From the NCBI GenBank assembly GCA_965228895.1, contig OZ245842.1, forward strand, positions 4,096,001-4,160,000: a DNA stretch of 64,000 nucleotides, written 5' to 3'. The notes under the pieces were generated by a model, which saw only the letters and a list, made by a program, of their open reading frames with translations, did not search any database and had not been told where the DNA came from. Of the stretch, positions 37,631-47,532 are shown in pieces. Each line of letters begins with the position of its first letter. The stretch's first letter is position 1. The stretch is from Alphaproteobacteria bacterium (GTDB lineage: Bacteria > Pseudomonadota > Alphaproteobacteria > SP197). A program made the translations under genes and the position numbers.

Positions 37631-38587
37631 CTATTTCAGCCAAGAGTCGACGAGGTCCTGATTTTCGCTCACCCAGGTCCGGGCGTACTCTTCCGGATCC
37701 TGCTTCTCGACGACCAGAGCATACGTCATCTGGGACACGGTATCTGTATCCAACTTGACCTGGGACAAGAGCTTGGCGGCCTCCGGGTGGCTCTCTTCCA
37801 GTTCGGTTGCATAGTGGATGTAAAGATAGGCTAAGTCCCACGCCACCGGTGCGCTGGATTTCTCGAGCCACTCCGGATCATCGGTCGGTTGAATCACCAC
37901 CCACTGTTCCGGGTCATAGGCCGGCTCTTCGAGAACAACCAGATCGTAAAGCGCGAACATGTGGTGTGGCGTGTAGCAGAAGAAGACGATGTTACCGTTC
38001 TGGGCGATTGCGTTGTCGACTTCGGCAAGCGCCAATGTTTCGTCCATCTCCTTCAGATTCATGGTCTCGTCGTAACCATACGACTTCGCCCTGATCTTCT
38101 CGACGTTGGTCGAAGCCCAGCCCGACGCCCCAATCCAGATCTCGCCCTTGCCGTCGCCGTCTGTGTCGAACTGACTTGCCATGTCAGGATCGGTCAGATC
38201 GGACAGATTGACGATACCTGTCGCATCGGCTGTCTGTTTGGTCACGCACATGCCCTGGAATGCCTCAACACCGTTCGGATTCATCCTGACGGTGCCTTTG
38301 TCCTCGACGAACTGCTGGTGCAGATTCGACTGGTTCGGCATCCAGACTTCCGGGTGCACCTGCATCGCACCGGAATCCATGGCCTCGAAGACGACGGGGT
38401 TGGTGCCATTCTGCAGTTCAACCTCTAGGCCGAGATTGTCTTCCATAACGACTTTCAGGACATTACCGGTGACGCGGACCGAAGGCCAGTTCGGGACACC
38501 GATCACCAAATCGGCAGCCTGGGCCACACCAGCCACAGCCACCAGTGACGCCGCAACGGCGCCCAATAGAGTTTTCTTGAAATTCAT
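37631..38587 (-). CDS. proX: Glycine betaine/proline-type ABC transporter substrate-binding protein
   Basis: Signal peptide (AQA), PNWPS, PEVW, GW and YTPH OpuAC-family motifs. Confidence 0.85.
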   Translation of the reverse strand: MNFKKTLLGAVAASLVAVAGVAQAADLVIGVPNWPSVRVTGNVLKVVMEDNLGLEVELQNGTNPVVFEAMDSGAMQVHPEVWMPNQSNLHQQFVEDKGTVRMNPNGVEAFQGMCVTKQTADATGIVNLSDLTDPDMASQFDTDGDGKGEIWIGASGWASTNVEKIRAKSYGYDETMNLKEMDETLALAEVDNAIAQNGNIVFFCYTPHHMFALYDLVVLEEPAYDPEQWVVIQPTDDPEWLEKSSAPVAWDLAYLYIHYATELEESHPEAAKLLSQVKLDTDTVSQMTYALVVEKQDPEEYARTWVSENQDLVDSWLK

Positions 38588-38995
38588 TGTCTAGATCTCC
38601 CAGTTTTTTGGTTTCTTAACGTCATGTGGGCCCAATCCGAGGTTCGCTTGCAAAAAGCGGTTGCCGGCTGGCCCCAGCCTTCACGGCACTCCCAGGCGAC
38701 GGTGACGAACCGGACAATCCCGGTCCTTGATCGAGTACACGGTAACCGCCCAAGCGGCGCGCGCTCACATCACCATCGAAACGTTAGGATCCTAATTCCC
38801 CTTGTGGCACAACAAGTTAGACAACCTCCGAGTTAGAATACTAACGGCGGTTGCACGCAATGAAAGTGCCTTCAATGAATCCGAAAGGACCCTTAAACAA
38901 AACTGCACTCCCTCCCCTCGACGCCCTGCCGGACTTAGCGCCCGGCTTATGTTTTATTGTGGCCTGACAATGCTATGGCAAAGGCCTGACCCACT

Positions 38996-39028
38996 TTAGG
39001 GCCAGCAACCGCATTACGTTGAGGCCAG
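38996..39028 (-). promoter_or_regulatory. Candidate TauR-type direct-repeat operator upstream of the ABC operon
   Basis: CTGGCCTCAA and CTGGCCCTAA on the minus strand at 23-nt period; resembles the recalled TauR box CTGGACYTAA. Confidence 0.45.
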
Positions 39029-39064
39029 CAGCCGAAATCGTCGGCAACTGGCGACACCTGCCGA

Positions 39065-40840
39065 CTAAGCGGGTTGCTGGGGCCGCATGTCGGCGGCATC
39101 GATGCCAGCCACCACAACCGGCTTTTTCATGGCGTCGCGGCGGAACGGCTCACCGAGCTCCTGGTTCAAGACGATCTCGATAAACGTCGTCACACCGTCG
39201 TCCTGGGCCTTGCAGGCTTCCTTCAACGCCGCGGTCAACTCGTCCTGGGTTGTGACCTCGACGCCCTTCAGACCACAGCCGTCGGCTGCCTTGGCGTAGC
39301 TCAGATTCGGGTTGAGCTCGGTGCCGACGAAGTTGTTGTCGTACCACAGGATCGAGTTGCGCTTTTCCGCACCCCACTGATAGTTGCGGAAGATCACCAT
39401 GGTGACCGCCGGCCAGTCGTCGCGGCCGATCGAGCTCATCTCGCTCATGGAGATGCCGAAGGCGCCGTCGCCGGCAAAGCCGACGACCGGCACGTCGGGA
39501 CAACCGATCTTGGCGCCGATGATGGCCGGAAAGCCGTAGCCGCAGGGACCGAACAGACCGGGTGCCAGATATTTCCGGCCTTCCTCGAAAGTCGGATAGG
39601 CGTTGCCGATGGCGCAGTTGTTGCCGATGTCGCTGGAGATGATCGCGTTATCGGGCAGGCCGGCCTGAATGGCGCGCCACGCCATGCGCGGCGACATCAG
39701 ATTGGCGTCGCGGGTGCGCGCATCTTCGTTCCATGTCGTCCCGGGATCGTCGTCTTCGTGATCCATGCCGCTCAAGGTCTGGAGCCAGGCGGATTTCGTC
39801 TGGTGAATCAGTGCCTTGCGCTCATCGCGACGGGCATCGCCCGCGTCCGGCGTCAGGGCGGCCAGCAGTTGCTGCGTAACCTTCTTGGCATCGCCGCAAA
39901 TGCCGACGGTGACCTTTTTGGTCAGGCCGATCCGGTCGGGGTTCATATCGACCTGGATGATCGTCGCGTCCTTGGGCCAATAGTCGATGCCGTAGCCCGG
40001 CAGGGTCGAGAACGGGTTGAGCCGGGTGCCCAGCGCCAGCACGACGTCGGCCTTGGCGATCAGCTCCATCGCCGCTTTCGAGCCGTTGTAGCCAAGCGGA
40101 CCGCAGGCCAGCGGATGGCTGCCCGGGAAACTGTCGTTGTGCTGATAGCCGCTGCACACCGGCGCATCCAGGCGCTCGGCGAGCGCGACGCAGTCTGGGA
40201 TCGCGTTGCCGATCACCACACCCGCGCCTGAAAGAATGACCGGGAACTTCGCTTCCGACAGCAGCCTGGCCGCCTGGGCGATCGAATCCTCGCCACCGGC
40301 CGACCGTTCGATCCTGACGATCTGCGGCAGTTCGACATCGATCACCTGGGTCCACATATCCCGCGGCACGTTGATCTGGGCCGGCGCCGACGCGCGCCAC
40401 GCCTTTTCGATGACCCGGTTCAGCACCTCGGCCATGCGCGAGGCGTCGCGCACCTCTTCCTGGTAACACACCATGTCGCGGAACAGCGCCATCTGCTCGA
40501 CTTCCTGGAAACCGCCCTGGCCGATCGTCTTGTTGGCCGCCTGCGGCGTCACCAGCAGCATGGGCGTGTGGTTCCAGTACGCCGTCTTGATCGCGGTGAC
40601 AAAACCGGTGACGCCCGGCCCGTTCTGAGCGATCGCCATGCCCATCTTGCCGGTCGCACGGGTGAAGCCATCGCAGATCAGACCGCCATTGGTCTCGTGC
40701 GCGACATCCCAGAACCGGATGCCGGCCTGAGGAAACAGATCGGAAATCGGCATAAAGGCCGATCCGATGATGCCAAAGGCGTGCTCGATGCCGTGCATCT
40801 GCAGGACTTTGACGAAGGCCTCCTCCGTGGTCATTTTCAT
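39065..40840 (-). CDS. xsc: Sulfoacetaldehyde acetyltransferase
   Basis: MKMTTEEAFVKVLQMHGIEHAFGIIGSA, QNGPG, AGDGAFG, YQWGAEKRN, ELGEPFRRDAMKKP. Confidence 0.97.
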   Translation of the reverse strand: MKMTTEEAFVKVLQMHGIEHAFGIIGSAFMPISDLFPQAGIRFWDVAHETNGGLICDGFTRATGKMGMAIAQNGPGVTGFVTAIKTAYWNHTPMLLVTPQAANKTIGQGGFQEVEQMALFRDMVCYQEEVRDASRMAEVLNRVIEKAWRASAPAQINVPRDMWTQVIDVELPQIVRIERSAGGEDSIAQAARLLSEAKFPVILSGAGVVIGNAIPDCVALAERLDAPVCSGYQHNDSFPGSHPLACGPLGYNGSKAAMELIAKADVVLALGTRLNPFSTLPGYGIDYWPKDATIIQVDMNPDRIGLTKKVTVGICGDAKKVTQQLLAALTPDAGDARRDERKALIHQTKSAWLQTLSGMDHEDDDPGTTWNEDARTRDANLMSPRMAWRAIQAGLPDNAIISSDIGNNCAIGNAYPTFEEGRKYLAPGLFGPCGYGFPAIIGAKIGCPDVPVVGFAGDGAFGISMSEMSSIGRDDWPAVTMVIFRNYQWGAEKRNSILWYDNNFVGTELNPNLSYAKAADGCGLKGVEVTTQDELTAALKEACKAQDDGVTTFIEIVLNQELGEPFRRDAMKKPVVVAGIDAADMRPQQPA

Positions 40841-40897
40841 GGCGAATCGTCCATTCTTCTCAATATGTTACGGCCGATGCGCGGCCAATCCAGGGCG

Positions 40898-42241
40898 TCA
40901 GACGTGCTGGTCCAGGGTCTTGCGGATCTTGTCGATGATTTCGTCGACATGGGACCGCTCGGCGATGAAGGCGGGCGTCACGATCGCGCAGTCACCGGTG
41001 AACTTCACATGACAGCCATTCCAGAACAGGTCCTTTTGCACCTGCTGGCCACGCCGGCCCGGCACGCCGTCATGATGGAGTTCGATGCCCGACATCAGGC
41101 CGATGACGCGCAGATCGAACACCATCGGATGATCCTTCAAGCTGAAGACCGCCTCTTCGAAATAGGGCGCCAGCTCGGCGGCGCGTTCGAACAGGCCTTC
41201 GCGGGCGTAGATCTCCTGGGCCTTCAGGCCGGCGGCACAGGCCGCCGGATGGGCCGAATAGGTGTAGCCGTGGAAAAGTTCGATGGCGTTGTCGGCACCG
41301 GCATCGGTGATCGTTTCGTAGATCTCGTCGCGCACGGCAACCGCGCCCATGGGAATGGCACCGTTGGTCAGCGCCTTGGCCATGGTGACGATATCGGGAA
41401 CCACGTCGAACTTCTGGCTGCCAAACGGCGCGCCCAGGCGACCGAAGCCGGTGATGACCTCGTCGAAAACGAGCAGGATGCCGTGCTGGTCGCAGATCTC
41501 GCGCAGGCGCTTCAGGTAGCCCTTGGGCGGGATCAGCGTACCGGTGGAACCGGCGACCGGCTCGACAAAACAGGCCGCGATGTTCTCAGGCCCATAGGTC
41601 TGGCAGATCCGCTCCAGATCCTCGGCCAGTTCCGCGCCGTGTTCCGGCTCACCACGCGTCATCTTGTTTTCTTCCAGCCAGGTATGGCGCATCAGGGCGA
41701 CGTGGGGGATCGAGGCGGCGAACGCCGCGCGGTTCTTGTTGATGCCCGAAAGTGACACGCCGCCGATGTTGACGCCGTGATAGGCGCGCTCGCGCGAGAC
41801 GAACCGGATGCGCTGCCCTTCGCCCCTGGCCCGGTGATAGGCCATGGCAATCTTCAGCGCCGTGTCGATCGATTCCGAGCCGGAATTGGTGAAGAACACG
41901 CGATTGATTGGATCGGGGTGGAGATCGGCGATGGTCTGCGCCAAAGCGAACGAGGTCGGGTGACCAAGCTGGAATGGCGCGACATAGTCGTTTTCCATCA
42001 GCTGCTTATGGACGGCGTCGGCGATCTCCTTGCGGCCGTGGCCCGCCGGACAGCAGAACAGGGCCGACGAGCCGTCGATCACCCGGTCGCCGTTCTGATC
42101 CCAGCAATAGATGCCCTCCGAGCGGGTCACCAGGCGCGGCTTCTGCTTGAAGTCGCGGTTGCCGGTAAACGGCATCCAGTGGGCCTCCAGGGAATTGGTG
42201 CGCGGAAACTCGACTTCTGCGAGAGCTGATTCGGAACTCAT
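40898..42241 (-). CDS. Omega-amino acid:pyruvate aminotransferase (class III, beta-alanine type), putative taurine/hypotaurine transaminase
   Basis: HWMPFTGNR, FTNSGSE, RAYHGV, EPVAGSTG, FDEVITGFGR, TMAK, HGYTYSAHP; lies directly upstream of xsc. Confidence 0.88.
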   Translation of the reverse strand: MSSESALAEVEFPRTNSLEAHWMPFTGNRDFKQKPRLVTRSEGIYCWDQNGDRVIDGSSALFCCPAGHGRKEIADAVHKQLMENDYVAPFQLGHPTSFALAQTIADLHPDPINRVFFTNSGSESIDTALKIAMAYHRARGEGQRIRFVSRERAYHGVNIGGVSLSGINKNRAAFAASIPHVALMRHTWLEENKMTRGEPEHGAELAEDLERICQTYGPENIAACFVEPVAGSTGTLIPPKGYLKRLREICDQHGILLVFDEVITGFGRLGAPFGSQKFDVVPDIVTMAKALTNGAIPMGAVAVRDEIYETITDAGADNAIELFHGYTYSAHPAACAAGLKAQEIYAREGLFERAAELAPYFEEAVFSLKDHPMVFDLRVIGLMSGIELHHDGVPGRRGQQVQKDLFWNGCHVKFTGDCAIVTPAFIAERSHVDEIIDKIRKTLDQHV

Positions 42242-42336
42242 GGCTCACCTCGAGACGGGCAACGGACCATTTCGGCCCGCCCGGTAAAGATTGCGGATTC
42301 GTGCGAAATCAAAATACGATCGCTTGAGGTCTCCCT

Positions 42337-42369
42337 GTAAGGCCAGTTCGACCAATTGGGTAAGACCAA
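42337..42369 (-). promoter_or_regulatory. Candidate TauR direct-repeat operator in the divergent aminotransferase/tauR region
   Basis: TTGGTCTTAC and CTGGCCTTAC on the minus strand at 23-nt period. Confidence 0.55.
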
Positions 42370-42376
42370 GACCGCT

Positions 42377-43870
42377 ATGCGCGACGCCCTGTTTCATATC
42401 AACAAGGACGAGTCGGCTACGCTTCAGGCGCAGATCCGCGAAGCCCTGGTCTCGGCCGTGGTCTCCGGCCAACTGCCGGCGATGGAGCCGATCCCCTCGA
42501 CCCGCGCCATGGCCAGACGCCTTAACGTGTCGCGCAACACGGTTGTGCTGGCCTATCAGGCTCTGGTCGAGGACGGTTTCCTGCTATCGCGCGAACGCAG
42601 CGGCTACTACGTCAATCCCGATGTGCTGCGCGGCATGGCCGGCGCGTCAGCACCGTCAGACGACACGCCGCGATCCGACGATATCGACTGGCTGTCGCGT
42701 CTTCGCATCCGGCCCGCCGGCCAAAGCAACATCGTCAAACCGACCGACTGGCGCTCGCACCCCTATCTCTTCATCTACGGTCAGATGGACGAGGCCCTGT
42801 TTCCGATCTCCGAATGGCGCGACTGCATGCGCCAGGCCATGGGGACCAAGTGGCTGGAACAATGGACCGCCGACCGATTCAGCGATGACGATCCCATGCT
42901 GATCGATCAGATCCGCACGCACATCCTGCCGCGCCGCGGCATTTCGGCGCGCGAGGACGAAATCCTGATCACCATGGGCGCGCAGAACGCGCTCTATCTG
43001 GCATCGAGCCTTTTGGTCGGCCCCGATACGCAAGTCGCCATCGAGGACCCCGGTTATCCCGACGCCCGCAACATGTTTGCGCTGAGGACCGACAAGGTCG
43101 TGCCAATCCCGGTCGACGAGTCCGGCCTGGTGCTGGACGACCGCTTGAGCAATTGCCGGCTCGTCTTCGTGACGCCGTCGCATCAGTACCCGACCACTGC
43201 GACCATGCCGATCGCCCAGCGCCGGGAACTGCTGACGCGTGCGAAGGCGGACGACTTCGTGATCCTGGAAGACGATTACGAGTTCGAGACCAACTACGTG
43301 TCCGACCCCTGCCCGGCGCTCAAGTCGCTCGATAAGGAAGGGCGCGTTATCTATATCGGCAGCCTGTCGAAGTCGCTGGTGCCAGGTGTCAGACTCGGTT
43401 TCCTGGTGGCGCCCAGAAAACTCATCGAACAAGCGCGGGCGCTGCGCCGCCTGATGCTGCGCCATCCACCCGGCAACAATCAGCGCGCCATCGCGATCTT
43501 CCTGTCGCTTGGCCATCACGATGCATTGCTGGGCCGCCTGCACCGCGTCTATCGCGAACGCTGGCAGATCATGGGCGATGCGCTCCAAACCCATTTGCCG
43601 GGCTGGAGCCGCAGCCCAAGCTTCGGCGGCACCAGTTTCTGGCTCGAAGGGCCCAAGGCGTTCGATGCCAATCGTCTGGCGCGAGAGGCGCTCAACGATG
43701 GGATCGTCATCGAGCCAGGCGACATCTTCTTTGCCGGCGACAATCCGCCGCGCAATTACTTCCGCCTCGGATTTTCCGCGATCAGGACCGAGCGTATTGC
43801 CGAAGGCATCGAGAAGCTGGCCGCCATCATCGAAACACTGCCACCCGCGACGCTGCAGGCCGCCGAGTAA
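42377..43870 (+). CDS. tauR: MocR/GntR PLP-dependent regulator, TauR-like
   Basis: wHTH PSTRAMARRLNVSRNTV plus aminotransferase-like domain (TPSHQYPT, LEDDY, GSLSK); divergent from the xsc operon. Confidence 0.85.
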   Translation: MRDALFHINKDESATLQAQIREALVSAVVSGQLPAMEPIPSTRAMARRLNVSRNTVVLAYQALVEDGFLLSRERSGYYVNPDVLRGMAGASAPSDDTPRSDDIDWLSRLRIRPAGQSNIVKPTDWRSHPYLFIYGQMDEALFPISEWRDCMRQAMGTKWLEQWTADRFSDDDPMLIDQIRTHILPRRGISAREDEILITMGAQNALYLASSLLVGPDTQVAIEDPGYPDARNMFALRTDKVVPIPVDESGLVLDDRLSNCRLVFVTPSHQYPTTATMPIAQRRELLTRAKADDFVILEDDYEFETNYVSDPCPALKSLDKEGRVIYIGSLSKSLVPGVRLGFLVAPRKLIEQARALRRLMLRHPPGNNQRAIAIFLSLGHHDALLGRLHRVYRERWQIMGDALQTHLPGWSRSPSFGGTSFWLEGPKAFDANRLAREALNDGIVIEPGDIFFAGDNPPRNYFRLGFSAIRTERIAEGIEKLAAIIETLPPATLQAAE

Positions 43871-43873
43871 CGC

Positions 43874-45100
43874 TCAGCGACTTATCGCGTTGAGCGTTTC
43901 CAGCGCGATCATGGTTTCCTCATTGGTCGGCACCACCCACGCGGAAACCGAACTGCTTGGCGTTGTAATGCACGGACCGCCCTGCCGGTTAGCTGTGTCG
44001 TCCAAATCGACGCCCAGCCACGCTGCATCGCGGCAGACCCTCTCTCGGATGCCAACGGCGTTTTCACCAATGCCCGCCGTGAAGACGAGCCCGTCTATGC
44101 CGCCCAACGCCGAACACAACGCGCCGAGCTCCCGCCCGATGCGGTAGACGAAGAGGTCGAGTGCCGTTCTTGCCGCCGGTTCGTTGCTGTCCAACAGGTC
44201 CCGGATATCGCTGCTGATCCCGGAGACGGCGAGCAGGCCGGACCGATGGTAAAGCAGATCTTCGACCGCGTCGGCCGTCATGCCGCGCTCGCGGATCAAA
44301 TGCAGGATGACGCCGGGATCGAGCCACCCGCAACGCGTGCCCATCACCAACCCGTCCAAGGCCGTGAAACCCATGGTCGTGTCGACACTCTTGCCGCCAT
44401 GGATGGCACACATGCTGGCGCCGTTGCCGAGATGGGCGACGACCACCCGACCGTCGGCAATCTCCGGCGCGACATCTTTTAGAGCGCGCGCGATATAGGC
44501 ATAGGACGATCCGTGGAAGCCGTAACGCCGAATGCCGTCGTCATGGAGTTCCTGGGGCAACGCCAGGCGATCAGCGACCGCCGGCCGGCCGCGATGGAAG
44601 GCCGTGTCGAAACACGCGACCTGCGGCACGTCGGGATGGGCCGCAGCGATGGCCTTGACAGGCGCCAGGTTGAGCGGCTGATGCAGTGGCGCCAGGGGTG
44701 TCAAAGCCTCCAGCTCGCGCAAGACGGCCGCGTCGATCACGATCGGCGTCGCAAAGTCGGGGCCGCCATGTACCACCCGGTGGCCGACCGCCAGCAACGC
44801 TTCGCCGTCCAACCATCCGGTGACCCAGCCCAGCAACCGATCGAAAACCCAGCCATCCGCCGTCGTGCCGACGCCGGACCAGTCTTCGTCGGCGACCGTC
44901 TCGCCTTCGTCGTTCTTGGCCGAGAAGCGCGGCGTACCGCCAAGGCCCTCAATCTGACCTCTGACCGCCAGGGCGACGTCGCCGTCCGCCGTGGCCCGAT
45001 GGATCGAGAACTTGAGGCTCGATGACCCCGCGTTGACGACGAGCAGCGAGCCCGACGGTGTCGGCCCGCGTTTGTCAGAGCGTTGGGTCTGTGGGCTCAA
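43874..45100 (-). CDS. ackA: Acetate/propionate kinase
   Basis: VNAGSSSLKF, GHRVVHGG, LAPLH, FDTAFH, HLGNGAS, FTAGIGEN; exact start uncertain. Confidence 0.93.
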   Translation of the reverse strand: MSPQTQRSDKRGPTPSGSLLVVNAGSSSLKFSIHRATADGDVALAVRGQIEGLGGTPRFSAKNDEGETVADEDWSGVGTTADGWVFDRLLGWVTGWLDGEALLAVGHRVVHGGPDFATPIVIDAAVLRELEALTPLAPLHQPLNLAPVKAIAAAHPDVPQVACFDTAFHRGRPAVADRLALPQELHDDGIRRYGFHGSSYAYIARALKDVAPEIADGRVVVAHLGNGASMCAIHGGKSVDTTMGFTALDGLVMGTRCGWLDPGVILHLIRERGMTADAVEDLLYHRSGLLAVSGISSDIRDLLDSNEPAARTALDLFVYRIGRELGALCSALGGIDGLVFTAGIGENAVGIRERVCRDAAWLGVDLDDTANRQGGPCITTPSSSVSAWVVPTNEETMIALETLNAISR

Positions 45101-46131
45101 CGAGCCGTGCGCTGATATCGCTGGGGGCTCATACCCGTCCAGTTGCGGAAGGCGCGTGAAAAGGCCGAGAGTTCGGAATAGCCGAGCGACAGCGCAACCT
45201 CGGTCAGCGGCATGCTCGCGTCGTTCATGTAGTGCAGCGCCAGTTCCTGGCGCGCGGCACGCAACAGATCCTGGAACGTCAGACCGTGGTTCTTCAATTC
45301 GCGTTGGAACGTGGCGTCGGTCATGCCCAGCACCTCTGCAATCTCCGTCAGCCCCGGCGTGCGGTCGCCCAGGTGAAGCTTGATCTGGTTGCGCACGACC
45401 GTGGCGAAGTCTTCGGGGTCGCCGCGCAACTCGCAGCGCGCGGTCAAGAACCGTTCGATAACCGAAAACAGATAGGGGTCCTGGTCGGGCATGCGCGCGT
45501 CGAGGTCGCGGCGGCGAAAGGCCAGCGCGTTGGTGCGGCGCCCGAACCTGACCGGCGCGCCGAAACGCTGCTCGTGTTCGTGCCAGTCTTCCGGCTTGTC
45601 GTGCTCGAAACGCACCTCAAGGGGCGCCCAGTCGGGACCCAGCGCGGCGCGAAAGATGTTGCGGAACATACCCAGCGACAACTCGGCGTCCTGGCGCCGG
45701 TCCTCGATGCGCGGATCGTAGATGCGGTAGCTCAGCCACAGGATATCGCTGTCCTGCAACAGGCCAAAGCTGGTCTGGCCCTGGTGCGCGGGGAAGTACT
45801 TTTCCATATTGCGAAGCGCCGCCGATAGCGTCGGCGAGCAGATAGCCGCGTATCCCAGCGCCCCCAACTGCTTGGGCTGGAACTGGTCACCGAACTGCAG
45901 GCCGAAATTGTCATGGCCGGTATGGCCCGCCGCCTCGACAAAGAGCTGGCAATAACGCTGCAGATTCAGATCGTTGAACGGATCTTCAATATCGTCGGTG
46001 CGGATGTTGGCGCGCCCGAACACCGTATCGACGTCGCCGCCGTGACGCTCGATCAGATCGATGACGCCCGTCGCCGCCGACGCCAAGACGCGTGGCGGCT
46101 CCAGCCCCGTATGCCCACCCTCAGACAGCAT
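45097..46131 (-). CDS. AraC family transcriptional regulator, divergent from the BMC operon
   Basis: C-terminal LTEVALSLGYSELSAFSRAFRNWTGMSP; probable start MLSEGG at 46131. Confidence 0.9.
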   Translation of the reverse strand: MLSEGGHTGLEPPRVLASAATGVIDLIERHGGDVDTVFGRANIRTDDIEDPFNDLNLQRYCQLFVEAAGHTGHDNFGLQFGDQFQPKQLGALGYAAICSPTLSAALRNMEKYFPAHQGQTSFGLLQDSDILWLSYRIYDPRIEDRRQDAELSLGMFRNIFRAALGPDWAPLEVRFEHDKPEDWHEHEQRFGAPVRFGRRTNALAFRRRDLDARMPDQDPYLFSVIERFLTARCELRGDPEDFATVVRNQIKLHLGDRTPGLTEIAEVLGMTDATFQRELKNHGLTFQDLLRAARQELALHYMNDASMPLTEVALSLGYSELSAFSRAFRNWTGMSPQRYQRTAR

Positions 46132-46382
46132 TGTTCTTCGCTTCCAGGGGCCGCGCTCGTGCCCAGCCCTGCCCCGGTCGAGTTTGTTGAAAAACCCTAA
46201 CAGAAAAGGCAACGGGCAGAAAACCTGGAATCCGGGCAAGATCGGTCCGCCGTCGGCAACAAATCTGTCAAATTCGGCCCATCCGGTGTCAAGCGGTCTT
46301 CCCCGAACAGTGCTTGGCTTGCTGGACTGCGACGAAGATCGCCACGTCATCGTCTCATCCTGCGGAACAAAAGGAGGCTTCC

Positions 46383-47516
46383 ATGAAACTTTCCCGCCGG
46401 TCATTTACCAAGGGAATGGCAAGCGCTGCTGGCCTTGCGGCCCTCGGCCCGATAGGTGCCGCTCACGCGGCGCGCGAAAACGAACTGAACATTCTCTGCT
46501 GGGAAGGCTACAACTCCGACGATGTGTTGGGGCCCTTCCGCGACGCTCATCCCGACGCAACGGTGCGTGCGGAAAGTGGCACGTCCGATCCCGACATGAT
46601 CAACAAGTTGCGCGCGGGCGAGGTCAACGTCTGGGACCTGATCAACGTCAACCAGCCGTGGGCGCGCCACCAGCTCTATCCTGAGAACCTGATCAAGCCG
46701 CTCGATAAAGACCGTTTCATGCCCTACTTCGACAACATGCTCTCGGAGTTCCAGGGTCCCTATCCGCTGTCGTTCGCCGATAACGGCGACCTGATCGGCA
46801 TGGTCCAGCGCTTCGGTCCGTTCAGCTTTGTCGTTAACACCGACAAGGTCAGTGTCGACATGGCCGAGGACCAGGGCTGGAAGCTGTTCCTGGACCCCGC
46901 GATGAAGAATCGCTACGGCGTCCTGACCTATGACAACTGGAACATCATGCACATGTGCCTGACGGGCGATCAGGACCCGTTCCAGGAAATGGACGACGCC
47001 GGTCTCGACAAGTTCACCGAGACTGCGAACGCGATCTTCGACGGCTCGAAACTGCTGACCGATGACCTCGTCGCCATGAACACGGCGCTGATCAACGGCG
47101 AGATCGACGCCTACTTTACCGGCGGCACATACACGGCAAGCCCGGCGCGGCTTGACGGCGCGACGAACATTCGCGGCATCACGCCCAATTCCGGTCCGAT
47201 GGATGGCAAGGGCGGCCTGGTATGGGTCGAGCTGACATCGGCGGTCAACAATCCCGATCCGTCAAAACTGGCGGAGGACTTCCTTGAGTATGTCCAACAG
47301 CCGGATATCTCGAAAGCGGTCAGCTTTACCGAAGGCACCTACAATCCGGTGGCCCAGATGGGCAATCCGGAGGTGTTCAACACCTACGATTCCGATGAGT
47401 TGGACGCCATTCAGTGGGACAGTCTGCCTGAGGAAATGGCCCGTTCGGCCGAGTACAGCATTGTCGCGTCCTACGACAAGCTGAACGAACTCTACAACGC
47501 CGCCAAGCGCGGTTAA
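46383..47516 (+). CDS. PotD/PotF-type ABC substrate-binding protein with Tat-like signal
   Basis: MKLSRRSF, LNILCWEGY, GGAGG RBS; first gene of the BMC operon. Confidence 0.85.
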   Translation: MKLSRRSFTKGMASAAGLAALGPIGAAHAARENELNILCWEGYNSDDVLGPFRDAHPDATVRAESGTSDPDMINKLRAGEVNVWDLINVNQPWARHQLYPENLIKPLDKDRFMPYFDNMLSEFQGPYPLSFADNGDLIGMVQRFGPFSFVVNTDKVSVDMAEDQGWKLFLDPAMKNRYGVLTYDNWNIMHMCLTGDQDPFQEMDDAGLDKFTETANAIFDGSKLLTDDLVAMNTALINGEIDAYFTGGTYTASPARLDGATNIRGITPNSGPMDGKGGLVWVELTSAVNNPDPSKLAEDFLEYVQQPDISKAVSFTEGTYNPVAQMGNPEVFNTYDSDELDAIQWDSLPEEMARSAEYSIVASYDKLNELYNAAKRG

Positions 47517-47532
47517 GTTCACTGAACTGTAC

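Noticed and set aside
38804-38822. Sigma54 promoter (TGGCAC) upstream of proX
   Set aside because: It lacks the -12 TTGC element and is on the opposite strand to proX
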